A stretch of DNA of 32,075 nucleotides from a virus: the UHGV virus genome UHGV-2009075. One strand, 5' to 3'. Under the pieces are notes generated by a model that was not told the DNA's origin, made no database searches, and saw nothing but the letters and a program-made list of their open reading frames with translations. This document shows, piece after piece, positions 12,106 through 22,541 of this stretch; position 1 is the first letter of the stretch, and each line of letters starts with the position of its first letter. Position numbers and translations under genes: made by a program.

Positions 12106-13405
12106 TCTCCCGCATATTGCCAGTATGGCCTTTAATGAGCCGCTGATGCTTGAACCCGCCTATGCGCGGGTTTTCTTTTGTGCGCTTTCAGGCCAGCTTG
12201 GGATCAGCCGCCTGACGGATGCGGTATCCGGCGACAGCCTGACTGCCGGAGAGGCACCCGCGGCGCTGGCGTTATCCGTTGATGATGACGGACCACGACA
12301 GGCCCGCAGTTATCAGGTCATGAACGGCATCGCCGTGCTGCCGGTGTCCGGCACGCTGGTCAGTCGGACGCGAGCGCTGCAGCCGTATTCGGGGATGACC
12401 GGTTACAACGGCATTATCGCCCGTCTGCAACAGGCTACCAGCGACCCGATGGTGGACGGCATTCTGCTCGATATGGATACGCCAGGCGGGATGGTGGCAG
12501 GGGCATTTGACTGCGCTGACATCATCGCCCGTATGCGTGACATAAAGCCGGTATGGGCGCTGGCCAACGACATGAACTGCAGTGCAGGTCAGTTGCTTGC
12601 CAGCGCCGCCTCCCGACGTCTGGTCACGCAGACCGCCCGGACAGGCTCCATCGGCGTCATGATGGCTCACAGTAATTACGGTGCTGCGCTGGAGAAACAG
12701 GGCGTGGAAATCACGCTGATTTACAGCGGCAGCCATAAGGTGGATGGCAACCCCTACAGCCATCTACCGGATGATGTCCGGGAAACACTGCAGTCCCGGA
12801 TGGATGCAACCCGCCGGATGTTTGCACAGAAGGTGTCGGCATATACCGGCCTGTCCGTGCAGGCTGTGCTGGATACCGAGGCTGCAGTGTACAGCGGTCA
12901 GGAGGCCATTGATGCCGGACTGGCTGATGAACTTGTTAACAGTACCGATGCGATCACCGTCATGCGTGATGCACTGGATGCACGTAAATCCCGTCTCTCA
13001 GGAGGGCGAATGACCAAAGAGACTCAATCAACAACTGTTTCAGCCACTGCTTCGCAGGCTGACGTTACTGGCGTGGTGCAAGCGACGGAGGGCGAGAACG
13101 CCAGCGCTGCACAGCCGGACGTGAACGCGCAGATCACCGCAGCGGTTGCGGCAGAAAACAGTCGCATTATGGGGATCCTCAACTGTGTGGAGGCTCACGG
13201 ACGCGAAGAACAGGCACGCGTGCTGGCCGAAACCCCCGGTATGACCGTGGAAACGGCCCGCCGCATTCTGGCAGCTGCACCACAGAGTGCACAGGCGCGC
13301 AGTGACACTGCGCTGGATCGTCTGATGCAGGGGGCACCGGCACCGCTGGCTGCAGGTAACCCGGCATCTGATGCCGTTAACGATTTGCTGAACACACCAG
13401 TGTAA
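12086..13405 (+). CDS. C: Head maturation protease / scaffold-related protein C
   Basis: Product (M)TAELRNLPHIASMAFNEPLMLEPAYARVFF ... as lambda C. Start codon here is GTG at 12086 preceded by AGGAGGA; the track's longer ORF from 11951 is an upstream extension overlapping B. Confidence 0.85.
12800..13405 (+). CDS. nu3: Scaffolding protein Nu3, internal in-frame start within C
   Basis: ATG at 12800 in the C frame gives MDATRRMFAQKVSAYTGLSVQAVLDTEAAVYSGQEAIDAGLADELV ..., the arrangement known for lambda C/Nu3. Confidence 0.8.
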   Translation: MDATRRMFAQKVSAYTGLSVQAVLDTEAAVYSGQEAIDAGLADELVNSTDAITVMRDALDARKSRLSGGRMTKETQSTTVSATASQADVTGVVQATEGENASAAQPDVNAQITAAVAAENSRIMGILNCVEAHGREEQARVLAETPGMTVETARRILAAAPQSAQARSDTALDRLMQGAPAPLAAGNPASDAVNDLLNTPV

Positions 13406-13414
13406 GGGATGTTT

Positions 13415-13747
13415 ATGACGAGCAAAGAAACCTTTACCCATTACCAGCCGCTGGGCAACAGTGACCCGGCACATACGGCAACCGCGCCCGGCGGATTGAG
13501 TGCGAAAGCGCCTGCAATGACCCCGCTGATGCTGGATACCTCCACCCGTAAGCTGGTTGCGTGGGATGGCACCACCGACGGTGCTGCCGTTGGCATTCTG
13601 GCGGTTGATGCTGACCAGACCAGCACCACGCTGACGTTCTACAAGTCCGGCACGTTCCGTTATGAGGATGTGCTCTGGCCGGAGGCTGCCAGCGACGAGA
13701 CGAAAAAACGGACCGCGTTTGCCGGAACGGCAATCAGCATCGTTTAA
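13415..13747 (+). CDS. D: Head decoration protein D
   Basis: Product [41 protein letters not shown] ... as lambda gpD; the track's start at 13409 adds two residues. Confidence 0.9.
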   Translation: MTSKETFTHYQPLGNSDPAHTATAPGGLSAKAPAMTPLMLDTSTRKLVAWDGTTDGAAVGILAVDADQTSTTLTFYKSGTFRYEDVLWPEAASDETKKRTAFAGTAISIV

Positions 13748-13766
13748 CTTTACCCTTCATCACTAA

Positions 13767-13789
13767 AGGCCGCCTGTGCGGCTTTTTTT
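13767..13789 (+). terminator. Short hairpin plus T-tract between D and E (partial terminator or RNA-processing structure)
   Basis: gccgc ctgt gcggc followed by ttttttt. Confidence 0.45.
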
Positions 13790-13802
13790 ACGGGATTTTT
13801 TT

Positions 13803-14828
13803 ATGTCGATGTACACAACCGCCCAGCTGCTGGCGGCAAATGAGCAGAAATTTAAGTTTGATCCGCTGTTTCTGCGTCTCTTTTTCCGTGAGAGCTATCC
13901 CTTCACTACGGAGAAAGTCTATCTCTCACAAATTCCGGGACTGGTAAACATGGCGCTGTACGTTTCGCCGATTGTTTCCGGTGAGGTTATCCGTTCCCGT
14001 GGCGGCTCCACCTCTGAATTTACGCCGGGATATGTCAAACCCAAGCATGAAGTGAATCCGCAGATGACCCTGCGTCGCCTGCCGGATGAAGATCCGCAGA
14101 ATCTGGCGGACCCGGCTTACCGCCGCCGTCGCATCATCCTGCAGAACATGCGTGACGAAGAGCTGGCCATTGCTCAGGTCGAAGAGATGCAGGCAGTTTC
14201 TGCCGTGCTCAAGGGCAAATACACCATGACCGGTGAAGCCTTCGATCCGGTTGAGGTGGATATGGGCCGCAGTGAAGCGAATAACATCACACAGTCTGGC
14301 GTCACGGAGTGGAGCAAGCGTGACAAGTCCACGTATGACCCGACCGACGATATCGAAGCCTACGCGCTGAACGCCAGCGGCGTGGTGAATATCATCGTGT
14401 TTGACCCGAAAGGCTGGGCGCTGTTCCGTTCCTTCAAAGCCGTCAGGGAGAAGCTGGATACCCGTCGCGGCTCTCATTCCGAACTGGAGACAGCGGTAAA
14501 AGACCTGGGCAAAGCGGTGTCTTATAAGGGAATGTATGGCGATGTGGCCATCGTCGTGTATTCCGGACAGTACGTGGAAAACGGCGTCAAAAAGAACTTC
14601 CTGCCGGACAACACGATGGTGCTGGGTAACACTCATGCACGCGGTCTGCGCACCTATGGCTGTATTCAGGATGCGGATGCATTGAGTGAGGGTATTAATG
14701 CGTCTCCCCGTTATCCGAAAAACTGGAAGACATCCGGCGATCCGGCGCGAGAGTTCACCATGATTCAGTCAGCACCGCTGATGCTGCTGGCTGATCCTGA
14801 TGAGTTCGTGTCCGTTCAACTGGCGTAA
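13803..14828 (+). CDS. E: Major capsid protein E
   Basis: 341-aa product MSMYTTAQLLAANEQKFKFDPLFLRLFFRESYPFTTEKVYLSQIPGLVNMA ... as lambda gpE; ATG at 13803. Confidence 0.95.
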   Translation: MSMYTTAQLLAANEQKFKFDPLFLRLFFRESYPFTTEKVYLSQIPGLVNMALYVSPIVSGEVIRSRGGSTSEFTPGYVKPKHEVNPQMTLRRLPDEDPQNLADPAYRRRRIILQNMRDEELAIAQVEEMQAVSAVLKGKYTMTGEAFDPVEVDMGRSEANNITQSGVTEWSKRDKSTYDPTDDIEAYALNASGVVNIIVFDPKGWALFRSFKAVREKLDTRRGSHSELETAVKDLGKAVSYKGMYGDVAIVVYSGQYVENGVKKNFLPDNTMVLGNTHARGLRTYGCIQDADALSEGINASPRYPKNWKTSGDPAREFTMIQSAPLMLLADPDEFVSVQLA

Positions 14829-14869
14829 TCATGGCCCTTCGGGGCCATTTTCTCTCTGTGGAGGAATCC

Positions 14870-15265
14870 ATGACGAAAGATGAACTGATTGCCCGTCTCC
14901 GGTCGCTGGGTGAGCAACTGAACCGTGATGTCAGCCTGACGGGGACGAAAGAAGAACTGGCGCTCCGTGTGGCAGAGCTGGAAGAGGAGCTTGATGACAC
15001 GGATGACGCAGCCGGTCTGGACACGTCTGTCAGCCCGGAAAATGCGCTGACCGGACATGAAAATGAGGTGGTATCAGCGCAGACGGATACCGTGACTGAT
15101 ACGGCTGCTCTGGTCACGGTTGTGGCACTGGTGACGCTGCATACTGATGCACTTCACGCCACGCGGGATGAGGCTGTGGCATTTGTGCTGCCTGGAACGG
15201 CGTTCCGTGTCTCTGCCGGTGTGGCAGCTGAAATGACAGCGCGCGGCCTGGCCAGAATGCAATAA
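14870..15265 (+). CDS. FI: DNA packaging / head assembly protein FI
   Basis: Product MTKDELIARLRSLGEQLNRDVSLTGTKEELALRVAELEEELDD ... as lambda gpFI, with a diverged central segment; ATG at 14870. Confidence 0.9.
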   Translation: MTKDELIARLRSLGEQLNRDVSLTGTKEELALRVAELEEELDDTDDAAGLDTSVSPENALTGHENEVVSAQTDTVTDTAALVTVVALVTLHTDALHATRDEAVAFVLPGTAFRVSAGVAAEMTARGLARMQ

Positions 15266-15276
15266 CGGGAGGCGCT

Positions 15277-15630
15277 GTGGCTGATTTCGATAACCTGTTC
15301 GATGCTGCCATTGCCCGCGCCGATGAAACGATACGCGGGTACATGGGAACGTCAGCCACCATGACATCCGGTGAGCAGTCCGGCGCAGTAATACGTGGTG
15401 TTTTTGATGACCCTGAAAATATCAGCTATGCCGGACAGGGCGTGCGCGTTGAAGGCTCCAGCCCGTCCCTGTTTGTCCGGACTGATGATGTGCGGCAGCT
15501 GCGGCGTGGAGACACGCTGACCATCGGTGAGGAAAACTTCTGGGTAGATCGGGTTACGCCGGATGATGGCGGAAGCTGTCATCTCTGGCTTGGGCGGGGG
15601 GTACCGCCTGCCGTTAACCGTCGCCGCTGA
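15277..15630 (+). CDS. FII: Head-tail connector protein FII
   Basis: 117-aa product MADFDNLFDAAIARADETIRGYMGTSATMTSGEQSGAVIRGVF ...; GTG start. Confidence 0.9.
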   Translation: MADFDNLFDAAIARADETIRGYMGTSATMTSGEQSGAVIRGVFDDPENISYAGQGVRVEGSSPSLFVRTDDVRQLRRGDTLTIGEENFWVDRVTPDDGGSCHLWLGRGVPPAVNRRR

Positions 15631-15641
15631 AAGGGGGATGT

Positions 15642-16220
15642 ATGGCCATAAAAGGTCTTGAGCAGGCCGTTGAAAACCTCAGCCGTATCAGCAAAACGGC
15701 GGTGCCTGGTGCCGCCGCAATGGCCATTAACCGCGTTGCTTCATCCGCGATATCGCAGTCGGCGTCACAGGTTGCCCGTGAGACAAAGGTACGCCGGAAA
15801 CTGGTAAAGGAAAGGGCCAGGCTGAAAAGGGCCACGGTCAAAAATCCGCAGGCCAGAATCAAAGTTAACCGGGGGGATTTGCCCGTAATCAGGCTGGGTA
15901 ACGCGCGGGTTGTCCTGTCCCGACGCAGGCGTCGTAAAAAGGGGCAGCGTTCAGCCCTGAAAGGTGGCGGCAGCGTGCTTGTGGTGGGAAACCGTCGTAT
16001 TCCCGGCGCGTTTATTCAGCAACTGAAAAACGGCCGGTGGCATGTTATGCAGCGTGTGGCCGGGAAAAACCGTTACCCCATTGATGTAGTGAAAATCCCG
16101 ATGGCGGTGCCGCTGACCACGGCGTTTAAACAAAATATTGAGCGGATACGGCGTGAACGTCTTCCGAAAGAGCTGGGCTATGCGCTGCAGCATCAACTGA
16201 GGATGGTAATAAAGCGATGA
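15642..16220 (+). CDS. Z: Tail completion protein Z
   Basis: 192-aa product MAIKGLEQAVENLSRISKTAVPGAAAMAINRVASSAISQ ... as lambda gpZ. Confidence 0.9.
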   Translation: MAIKGLEQAVENLSRISKTAVPGAAAMAINRVASSAISQSASQVARETKVRRKLVKERARLKRATVKNPQARIKVNRGDLPVIRLGNARVVLSRRRRRKKGQRSALKGGGSVLVVGNRRIPGAFIQQLKNGRWHVMQRVAGKNRYPIDVVKIPMAVPLTTAFKQNIERIRRERLPKELGYALQHQLRMVIKR

Positions 16221-16612
16221 AACATACTGAACTCCGTGCAGCCGTACTGGATGCACTGGAGAAGCATGACACCGGGGCGACGTTTTTTGATGGTCGCCCC
16301 GCTGTTTTTGATGAGGCGGATTTTCCGGCAGTTGCCGTTTATCTCACCGGCGCTGAATACACGGGCGAAGAGCTGGACAGCGATACCTGGCAGGCGGAGC
16401 TGCATATCGAAGTTTTCCTGCCTGCTCAGGTGCCGGATTCAGAGCTGGATGCGTGGATGGAGTCCCGGATTTATCCGGTGATGAGCGATATCCCGGCACT
16501 GTCAGATTTGATCACCAGTATGGTGGCCAGCGGCTATGACTACCGGCGCGACGATGATGCGGGCCTGTGGAGTTCAGCCGATCTGACTTATGTCATTACC
16601 TATGAAATGTGA
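16217..16612 (+). CDS. U: Tail terminator protein U
   Basis: 131-aa product [48 protein letters not shown] ... as lambda gpU. Confidence 0.9.
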   Translation: MKHTELRAAVLDALEKHDTGATFFDGRPAVFDEADFPAVAVYLTGAEYTGEELDSDTWQAELHIEVFLPAQVPDSELDAWMESRIYPVMSDIPALSDLITSMVASGYDYRRDDDAGLWSSADLTYVITYEM

Positions 16613-16619
16613 GGACGCT

Positions 16620-17360
16620 ATGCCTGTACCAAATCCTACAATGCCGGTGAAAGGTGCCGGGACCACCCTGTGGGTTTATAAGGGGAGCGGTGACCCTTAT
16701 GCGAATCCGCTTTCAGACGTTGACTGGTCGCGTCTGGCAAAAGTTAAAGACCTGACGCCCGGCGAACTGACCGCTGAGTCCTATGACGACAGCTATCTCG
16801 ATGATGAAGATGCAGACTGGACTGCGACCGGGCAGGGGCAGAAATCCGCCGGAGATACCAGCTTCACGCTGGCGTGGATGCCCGGAGAGCAGGGGCAGCA
16901 GGCGCTGCTGGCGTGGTTTAATGAAGGTGATACCCGTGCCTATAAAATCCGCTTCCCGAACGGCACGGTCGATGTGTTCCGTGGCTGGGTCAGCAGTATC
17001 GGTAAAGCGGTGACGGCGAAGGAAGTGATCACCCGCACGGTGAAAGTCACCAACGTGGGACGTCCGTCAATGGCAGAAGATCGCAGCACGGTAACAGCGG
17101 CAACCGGCATGACCGTGACGCCTGCCAGCACTTCGGTGGTGAAAGGGCAGAGCACCACGCTGACCGTGGCATTCCAGCCGGAAGGCGCAACCGACAAGAG
17201 CTTCCGTGCGGTGTCTGCGGATAAAACAAAAGCCACCGTGTCGGTCAGTGGTATGACCATCACCGTGAAAGGTGTTGCTGCAGGCAAGGTCAACATTCCG
17301 GTTGTATCCGGTAATGGTGAACTTGCTGCGGTTGCAGAAATTACCGTCACCGCCAGTTAA
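16620..17360 (+). CDS. V: Major tail tube protein V, with C-terminal Ig-like domain
   Basis: Product [51 protein letters not shown] ... as lambda gpV; ATG at 16620 (the track start at 16590 is an upstream extension). Confidence 0.95.
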   Translation: MPVPNPTMPVKGAGTTLWVYKGSGDPYANPLSDVDWSRLAKVKDLTPGELTAESYDDSYLDDEDADWTATGQGQKSAGDTSFTLAWMPGEQGQQALLAWFNEGDTRAYKIRFPNGTVDVFRGWVSSIGKAVTAKEVITRTVKVTNVGRPSMAEDRSTVTAATGMTVTPASTSVVKGQSTTLTVAFQPEGATDKSFRAVSADKTKATVSVSGMTITVKGVAAGKVNIPVVSGNGELAAVAEITVTAS

Positions 17361-17375
17361 TCCGGAGAGTCAGCG

Positions 17376-17798
17376 ATGTTCCTGAAAACCGAATCATTTG
17401 AACATAACGGTGTGACCGTCACGCTTTCTGAACTGTCAGCCCTGCAGCGTATTGAGCATCTCGCCCTGATGAAACGACAGGCAGAACAGGCGGAGTCAGA
17501 CAGCAACCGGAAGTTTACTGTGGAAGACGCCATCAGAACCGGCGCTTTTGTGGTGGCGATGTCCCTGTGGCATAACCATCCGCAGAAGACAAAGCTGCCT
17601 TCTATGAATGAAGCCGTTAAACAGATTGAGCAGGAAGTGCTTACCACCTGGCCCACGGAGGCAATTTCTCATGCTGAAAACGTGGTGTACCGGCTGTCCG
17701 GTATGTATGAGTTTGTGGTGAATGATGCTCCTGAACAGACAGAGGACGCCGGGCCTGCAGAGCCTGTTTCTGCGGGAAAGTGTTCGATGGTGAGCTGA
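17376..17798 (+). CDS. G: Tail assembly chaperone G
   Basis: 140-aa product MFLKTESFEHNGVTVTLSELSALQRIEHLALMKRQAEQ ... as lambda gpG. Confidence 0.9.
   Translation: MFLKTESFEHNGVTVTLSELSALQRIEHLALMKRQAEQAESDSNRKFTVEDAIRTGAFVVAMSLWHNHPQKTKLPSMNEAVKQIEQEVLTTWPTEAISHAENVVYRLSGMYEFVVNDAPEQTEDAGPAEPVSAGKCSMVS
17774..17780 (+). other. Programmed -1 ribosomal frameshift slippery site GGGAAAG producing the G-T fusion
   Basis: GGGAAAG is present at the 3' end of G in the position where the T frame (-1) opens; this is the known lambda G/GT mechanism. Confidence 0.8.
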
Positions 17799-18214
17799 GT
17801 TTTGCCCTGAAACTGGCGCGAGAGATGGGGCGACCCGACTGGCGTGCCATGCTTGCCGGGATGTCATCCACGGAGTATGCCGACTGGCACCGCTTTTACA
17901 GTACCCATTATTTTCATGATGTTCTGCTGGATATGCACTTTTCCGGGCTGACGTACACCGTGCTCAGCCTGTTTTTCAGCGATCCGGATATGCATCCGCT
18001 GGATTTCAGTCTGCTTAACCGGCGCGAGGCTGACGAAGAGCCTGAAGATGATGTGCTGATGCAGAAAGCGGCAGGGCTTGCCGGAGGTGTCCGCTTTGGC
18101 CCGGACGGGAATGAAGTTATCCCCGCTTCCCCGGATGTGGCGGACATGACGGAGGATGACGTAATGCTGATGACAGTATCAGAAGGGATCGCAGGAGGAG
18201 TCCGGTATGGCTGA
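17780..18214 (+). CDS. T: T frame of the tail assembly chaperone, expressed only as the G-T frameshift fusion (fusion spans 17376-18214)
   Basis: Open frame ...LSFALKLAREMGRPDWRAMLAGMSSTEYADWHRFYSTHYFHDVLLDMHF ... overlapping the G 3' end in the -1 frame, as in lambda. Confidence 0.85.
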   Translation: MFDGELSFALKLAREMGRPDWRAMLAGMSSTEYADWHRFYSTHYFHDVLLDMHFSGLTYTVLSLFFSDPDMHPLDFSLLNRREADEEPEDDVLMQKAAGLAGGVRFGPDGNEVIPASPDVADMTEDDVMLMTVSEGIAGGVRYG

Positions 18215-20768
18215 ACCGGTAGGCGATCTGGTCGTTGATTTAAGTCTGGATGCGGCCAGATTTGACGAGCAGATGGCCAGAGTCAGGCGTCATTTTTCCG
18301 GTACGGAAACTGATGCGAAAAAAACAGCGGCAGTCGTTGAACAGTCGCTGAGCCGACAGGCGCTGGCTGCACAGAAAGCGGGGATTTCCGTCGGGCAGTA
18401 TAAAGCCGCCATGCGTATGCTGCCTGCACAGTTCACCGACGTGGCCACGCAGCTTGCAGGCGGGCAAAGCCCGTGGCTGATCCTGCTGCAACAGGGGGGT
18501 CAGGTGAAGGACTCCTTCGGCGGGATGATCCCCATGTTCCGGGGGCTTGCCGGTGCGATCACCCTGCCGATGGTGGGGGCCACCTCGCTGGCGGTGGCGA
18601 CCGGTGCGCTGGCGTATGCCTGGTATCAGGGCAACTCAACCCTGTCCGATTTCAACAAAACGCTGGTCCTTTCCGGCAATCAGGCCGGGCTGACGGCAGA
18701 TCGTATGCTGGTCCTGTCCAGAGCCGGGCAGGCGGCAGGGCTGACGTTTAACCAGACCAGCGAGTCACTCAGTGCACTGGTTAAGGCGGGGGTAAGTGGT
18801 GAGGCTCAGATTGCGTCCATCAGCCAGAGTGTGGCGCGTTTCTCTTCTGCATCCGGTGTGGAGGTGGACAAGGTCGCTGAAGCCTTCGGGAAGCTGACCA
18901 CTGACCCGACGTCGGGGCTGACGGCGATGGCGCGCCAGTTCCATAACGTGACGGCGGAGCAGATTGCGTATGTTGCTCAGTTGCAGCGTTCCGGCGATGA
19001 AGCCGGGGCATTGCAGGCGGCGAACGAAGCCGCAACGAAAGGGTTTGATGACCAGACCCGCCGCCTGAAAGAGAACATGGGCACGCTGGAGACCTGGGCA
19101 GACAGGATAGCGCGGGCATTCAAATCCATGTGGGATGCGGTGCTGGATATTGGTCGTCCTGATACCGCGCAGGAGATGCTGATTAAGGCAGAGGCTGCGT
19201 TTAAGAAAGCAGACGACATCTGGAATCTGCGCAAGGATGATTATTTTGTTAACGATGAAGCGCGGGCGCGTTACTGGGATGATCGTGAAAAGGCCCGTCT
19301 TGCGCTTGAAGCCGCCCGAAAGAAGGCTGAGCAGCAGACTCAACAGGACAAAAATGCGCAGCAGCAGAGCGATACCGAAGCGTCACGGCTGAAATATACC
19401 GAAGAGGCGCAGAAGGCTTACGAACGGCTGCAGACGCCGCTGGAGAAATATACCGCCCGTCAGGAAGAACTGAACAAGGCACTGAAAGACGGGAAAATCC
19501 TGCAGGCGGATTACAACACGCTGATGGCGGCGGCGAAAAAGGATTATGAAGCGACGCTGAAAAAGCCGAAACAGTCCGGCGTGAAGGTGTCTGCGGGCGA
19601 TCGTCAGGAAGACAGTGCTCATGCTGCCCTGCTGACGCTTCAGGCAGAACTCCGGACGCTGGAGAAGCATGCCGGAGCGAATGAGAAAATCAGCCAGCAG
19701 CGCCGGGATTTGTGGAAGGCGGAGAGTCAGTTCGCGGTACTGGAGGAGGCGGCGCAACGTCGCCAGCTGTCTGCACAGGAGAAATCCCTGCTGGCGCATA
19801 AAGATGAGACGCTGGAGTACAAACGCCAGCTGGCTGCACTTGGCGACAAGGTTACGTATCAGGAGCGCCTGAACGCGCTGGCGCAGCAGGCGGATAAATT
19901 CGCACAGCAGCAACGGGCAAAACGGGCCGCCATTGATGCGAAAAGCCGGGGGCTGACTGACCGGCAGGCAGAACGGGAAGCCACGGAACAGCGCCTGAAG
20001 GAACAGTATGGCGATAATCCGCTGGCGCTGAATAACGTCATGTCAGAGCAGAAAAAGACCTGGGCGGCTGAAGACCAGCTTCGCGGGAGCTGGATGGCAG
20101 GCCTGAAGTCCGGCTGGAGTGAGTGGGAAGAGAGCGCCACGGACAGTATGTCGCAGGTTAAAAGTGCAGCCACGCAGACCTTTGATGGTATTGCACAGAA
20201 TATGGCGGCGATGCTGACCGGCAGTGAGCAGAACTGGCGCAGCTTCACCCGTTCCGTGCTGTCCATGATGACAGAAATTCTGCTTAAGCAGGCAATGGTG
20301 GGGATTGTCGGGAGTATCGGCAGCGCCATTGGCGGTGCTGCCAGTGGTGGAGCATCCGCGTCAGGCGGTACAGCCATTCAGGCCGCTGCGGCGAAATTCC
20401 ATTTTGCGACCGGGGGATTTACGGGAACCGGCGGCAAATATGAGCCAGCGGGGATTGTTCACCGTGGTGAATTTGTCTTCACGAAGGAGGCAACCAGCCG
20501 GATTGGTGTCGGCAACCTGTACCGCCTGATGCGGGGCTATGCGGAAGGTGGTTATGTGGGCGGTGCCGGAAGTCCGGCGCAGATGCGGCGGGCTGAAGGC
20601 ATTAATTTTAATCAGAACAATCACGTGGTGATTCAGAACGACGGTACGAATGGTCTGCCAGGTCCACAGATGATGAAGGCAGTGTATGACATGGCCCGCA
20701 AGGGTGCCCGTGATGAAATTCAGACACAGATGCGTGATGGTGGCCTGTTCTCCGGAGGTGGACGATGA
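18207..20768 (+). CDS. H: Tail tape measure protein H
   Basis: 853-aa product MAEPVGDLVVDLSLDAARFDEQMARVRRHF ... with long coiled-coil region and C-terminal Gly-rich segment, as lambda gpH. Confidence 0.95.
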   Translation: MAEPVGDLVVDLSLDAARFDEQMARVRRHFSGTETDAKKTAAVVEQSLSRQALAAQKAGISVGQYKAAMRMLPAQFTDVATQLAGGQSPWLILLQQGGQVKDSFGGMIPMFRGLAGAITLPMVGATSLAVATGALAYAWYQGNSTLSDFNKTLVLSGNQAGLTADRMLVLSRAGQAAGLTFNQTSESLSALVKAGVSGEAQIASISQSVARFSSASGVEVDKVAEAFGKLTTDPTSGLTAMARQFHNVTAEQIAYVAQLQRSGDEAGALQAANEAATKGFDDQTRRLKENMGTLETWADRIARAFKSMWDAVLDIGRPDTAQEMLIKAEAAFKKADDIWNLRKDDYFVNDEARARYWDDREKARLALEAARKKAEQQTQQDKNAQQQSDTEASRLKYTEEAQKAYERLQTPLEKYTARQEELNKALKDGKILQADYNTLMAAAKKDYEATLKKPKQSGVKVSAGDRQEDSAHAALLTLQAELRTLEKHAGANEKISQQRRDLWKAESQFAVLEEAAQRRQLSAQEKSLLAHKDETLEYKRQLAALGDKVTYQERLNALAQQADKFAQQQRAKRAAIDAKSRGLTDRQAEREATEQRLKEQYGDNPLALNNVMSEQKKTWAAEDQLRGSWMAGLKSGWSEWEESATDSMSQVKSAATQTFDGIAQNMAAMLTGSEQNWRSFTRSVLSMMTEILLKQAMVGIVGSIGSAIGGAASGGASASGGTAIQAAAAKFHFATGGFTGTGGKYEPAGIVHRGEFVFTKEATSRIGVGNLYRLMRGYAEGGYVGGAGSPAQMRRAEGINFNQNNHVVIQNDGTNGLPGPQMMKAVYDMARKGARDEIQTQMRDGGLFSGGGR

Positions 20769-21094
20769 AAACCTTCCGCTGGAAAGTGAAACCCGGTATG
20801 GATGTGGCTTCGGCCCCTTCTGTAAGAAAGGTGCGCTTTGGTGATGGCTATTCCCAGCGAGCGCCTGCCGGGCTGAATGCCAACCTGAAAACGTACAGCG
20901 TGACGCTTTCTGTCCCCCGTGAGGAGGCCACGGTACTGGAGTCGTTTCTGGAAGAGCACGGGGGCTGGAAAGCCTTTCTGTGGACGCCGCCTTATGAGTG
21001 GCGGCAGATAAAGGTGACCTGCGCAAAATGGTCGTCGCGGGTCAGTATGCTGCGTGTTGAGTTCAGCGCAGAGTTTGAACAGGTGGTGAACTGA
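20765..21094 (+). CDS. M: Tail tip assembly protein M
   Basis: 109-aa product MKTFRWKVKPGMDVASAPSVRKVRFGDGYSQRAPAGLNANLKTYSVTL ... as lambda gpM. Confidence 0.9.
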   Translation: MKTFRWKVKPGMDVASAPSVRKVRFGDGYSQRAPAGLNANLKTYSVTLSVPREEATVLESFLEEHGGWKAFLWTPPYEWRQIKVTCAKWSSRVSMLRVEFSAEFEQVVN

Positions 21095-21792
21095 TGCAGG
21101 ATATCCGGCAGGAAACACTGAATGAATGCACCCGTGCGGAGCAGTCGGCCAGCGTGGTGCTCTGGGAAATCGACCTGACAGAGGTCGGTGGAGAACGTTA
21201 TTTTTTCTGTAATGAGCTGAACGAAAAAGGTGAGCCGGTCACCTGGCAGGGGCGACAGTATCAGCCGTATCCCATTCAGGGGAGTGGTTTTGAACTGAAT
21301 GGCAAAGGCACCAGTACGCGCCCCACGCTGACGGTTTCTAACCTGTACGGTATGGTCACCGGGATGGCGGAAGATCTGCAGAGTCTGGTCGGCGGAACGG
21401 TGGTCCGGCGTAAGGTTTACGCCCGTTTTCTGGATGCGGTGAACTTCGTTAACGGAAACAGTGACGCCGATCCGGAGCAGGAGGTGATCAGCCGCTGGCG
21501 CATCGAGCAGTGCAGCGAACTGAGCGCGGTGAGTGCCTCCTTTGTACTGTCCACGCCGACGGAAACAGATGGCGCTGTTTTTCCGGGACGTATCATGCTG
21601 GCCAACACCTGCACCTGGACCTATCGCGGCGATGAGTGCGGTTATCACGGTCCGGCGGTCGCGGATGAATATGACCAGACAACGTCCGATATCACGAAGG
21701 ATAAATGCAGCAAATGCCTGAGTGGCTGTAAGTTTCGCAATAACGTCGGCAACTTTGGCGGCTTCCTTTCCATTAACAAACTTTCGCAGTAA
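21094..21792 (+). CDS. L: Tail tip protein L
   Basis: 232-aa product MQDIRQETLNECTRAEQSASVVLWEIDLTEVGGERYFFCNE ... with C-terminal Cys cluster, as lambda gpL. Confidence 0.9.
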   Translation: MQDIRQETLNECTRAEQSASVVLWEIDLTEVGGERYFFCNELNEKGEPVTWQGRQYQPYPIQGSGFELNGKGTSTRPTLTVSNLYGMVTGMAEDLQSLVGGTVVRRKVYARFLDAVNFVNGNSDADPEQEVISRWRIEQCSELSAVSASFVLSTPTETDGAVFPGRIMLANTCTWTYRGDECGYHGPAVADEYDQTTSDITKDKCSKCLSGCKFRNNVGNFGGFLSINKLSQ

Positions 21793-21797
21793 ATCCC

Positions 21798-22541
21798 ATG
21801 ACACAGACAGAATCAGCGATTCTGGCGCACGCCCGGCGATGTGCGCCAGCGGAGTCGTGCGGCTTCGTGGTGAGAACGCCGGAGGGGGAAAGATATTTCC
21901 CCTGCGTGAATATTTCCGGTGAGCCGGAGGATTATTTCCGGATGGCTCCGGAGGACTGGCTGCAGGCAGAAATGCAGGGTGAGATTGTGGCGCTGGTCCA
22001 CAGCCACCCCGGTGGTCTGCCCTGGCTGAGTGAGGCTGACCGGCGGCTGCAGGTGCAGAGTTATTTGCCGTGGTTGCTGGTCTGCCGGGGGGCGATTCAT
22101 AAGTTCCGCTGTGTGCCGCATCTCACCGGGCGGCGCTTTGAGCACGGGGTGACGGACTGTTACACGCTGTTCCGGGATGCTTATCATCTGGCGGGGATTG
22201 AGATGCCGAATTTTCATCGCGGGGATGACTGGTGGCGTCACGGCCAGAATCTCTATCTGGATAATCTGGAGGCCACAGGGCTGTATCAGGTGCCGTTGTC
22301 ATCAGCACAACCGGGCGATGTGCTGCTGTGCTGTTTTGGTTCATCGGTGCCGAATCATGCCGCCATTTACTGCGGCGACGGTGAGCTGTTGCACCATATT
22401 CCTGAACAACTGAGCAAACGAGAGAGGTATACCGACAAATGGCAGCGACGCACACACTCCCTCTGGCGTCACCGGGCATGGCACGCATCTGCCTTTACGG
22501 GGATTTACAACGATTTGGCCGCCGCATCGACCTTCGTGTGA
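21798..22541 (+). CDS. K: Tail tip assembly protein K with MPN/JAMM-like and NlpC/P60-like regions
   Basis: 247-aa ORF from ATG 21798. The canonical lambda K annotation (199 aa) would start at the internal Met near 21942; the longer ORF includes more sequence upstream of the EIVALVHSHPGG motif. Domain calls are from motif inspection only. Confidence 0.85.
   Translation: MTQTESAILAHARRCAPAESCGFVVRTPEGERYFPCVNISGEPEDYFRMAPEDWLQAEMQGEIVALVHSHPGGLPWLSEADRRLQVQSYLPWLLVCRGAIHKFRCVPHLTGRRFEHGVTDCYTLFRDAYHLAGIEMPNFHRGDDWWRHGQNLYLDNLEATGLYQVPLSSAQPGDVLLCCFGSSVPNHAAIYCGDGELLHHIPEQLSKRERYTDKWQRRTHSLWRHRAWHASAFTGIYNDLAAASTFV

Noticed and set aside
12272-12763. 163-codon minus-strand ORF
   Set aside because: Antisense to the C gene, no start context, His/Ala-rich low-complexity product.
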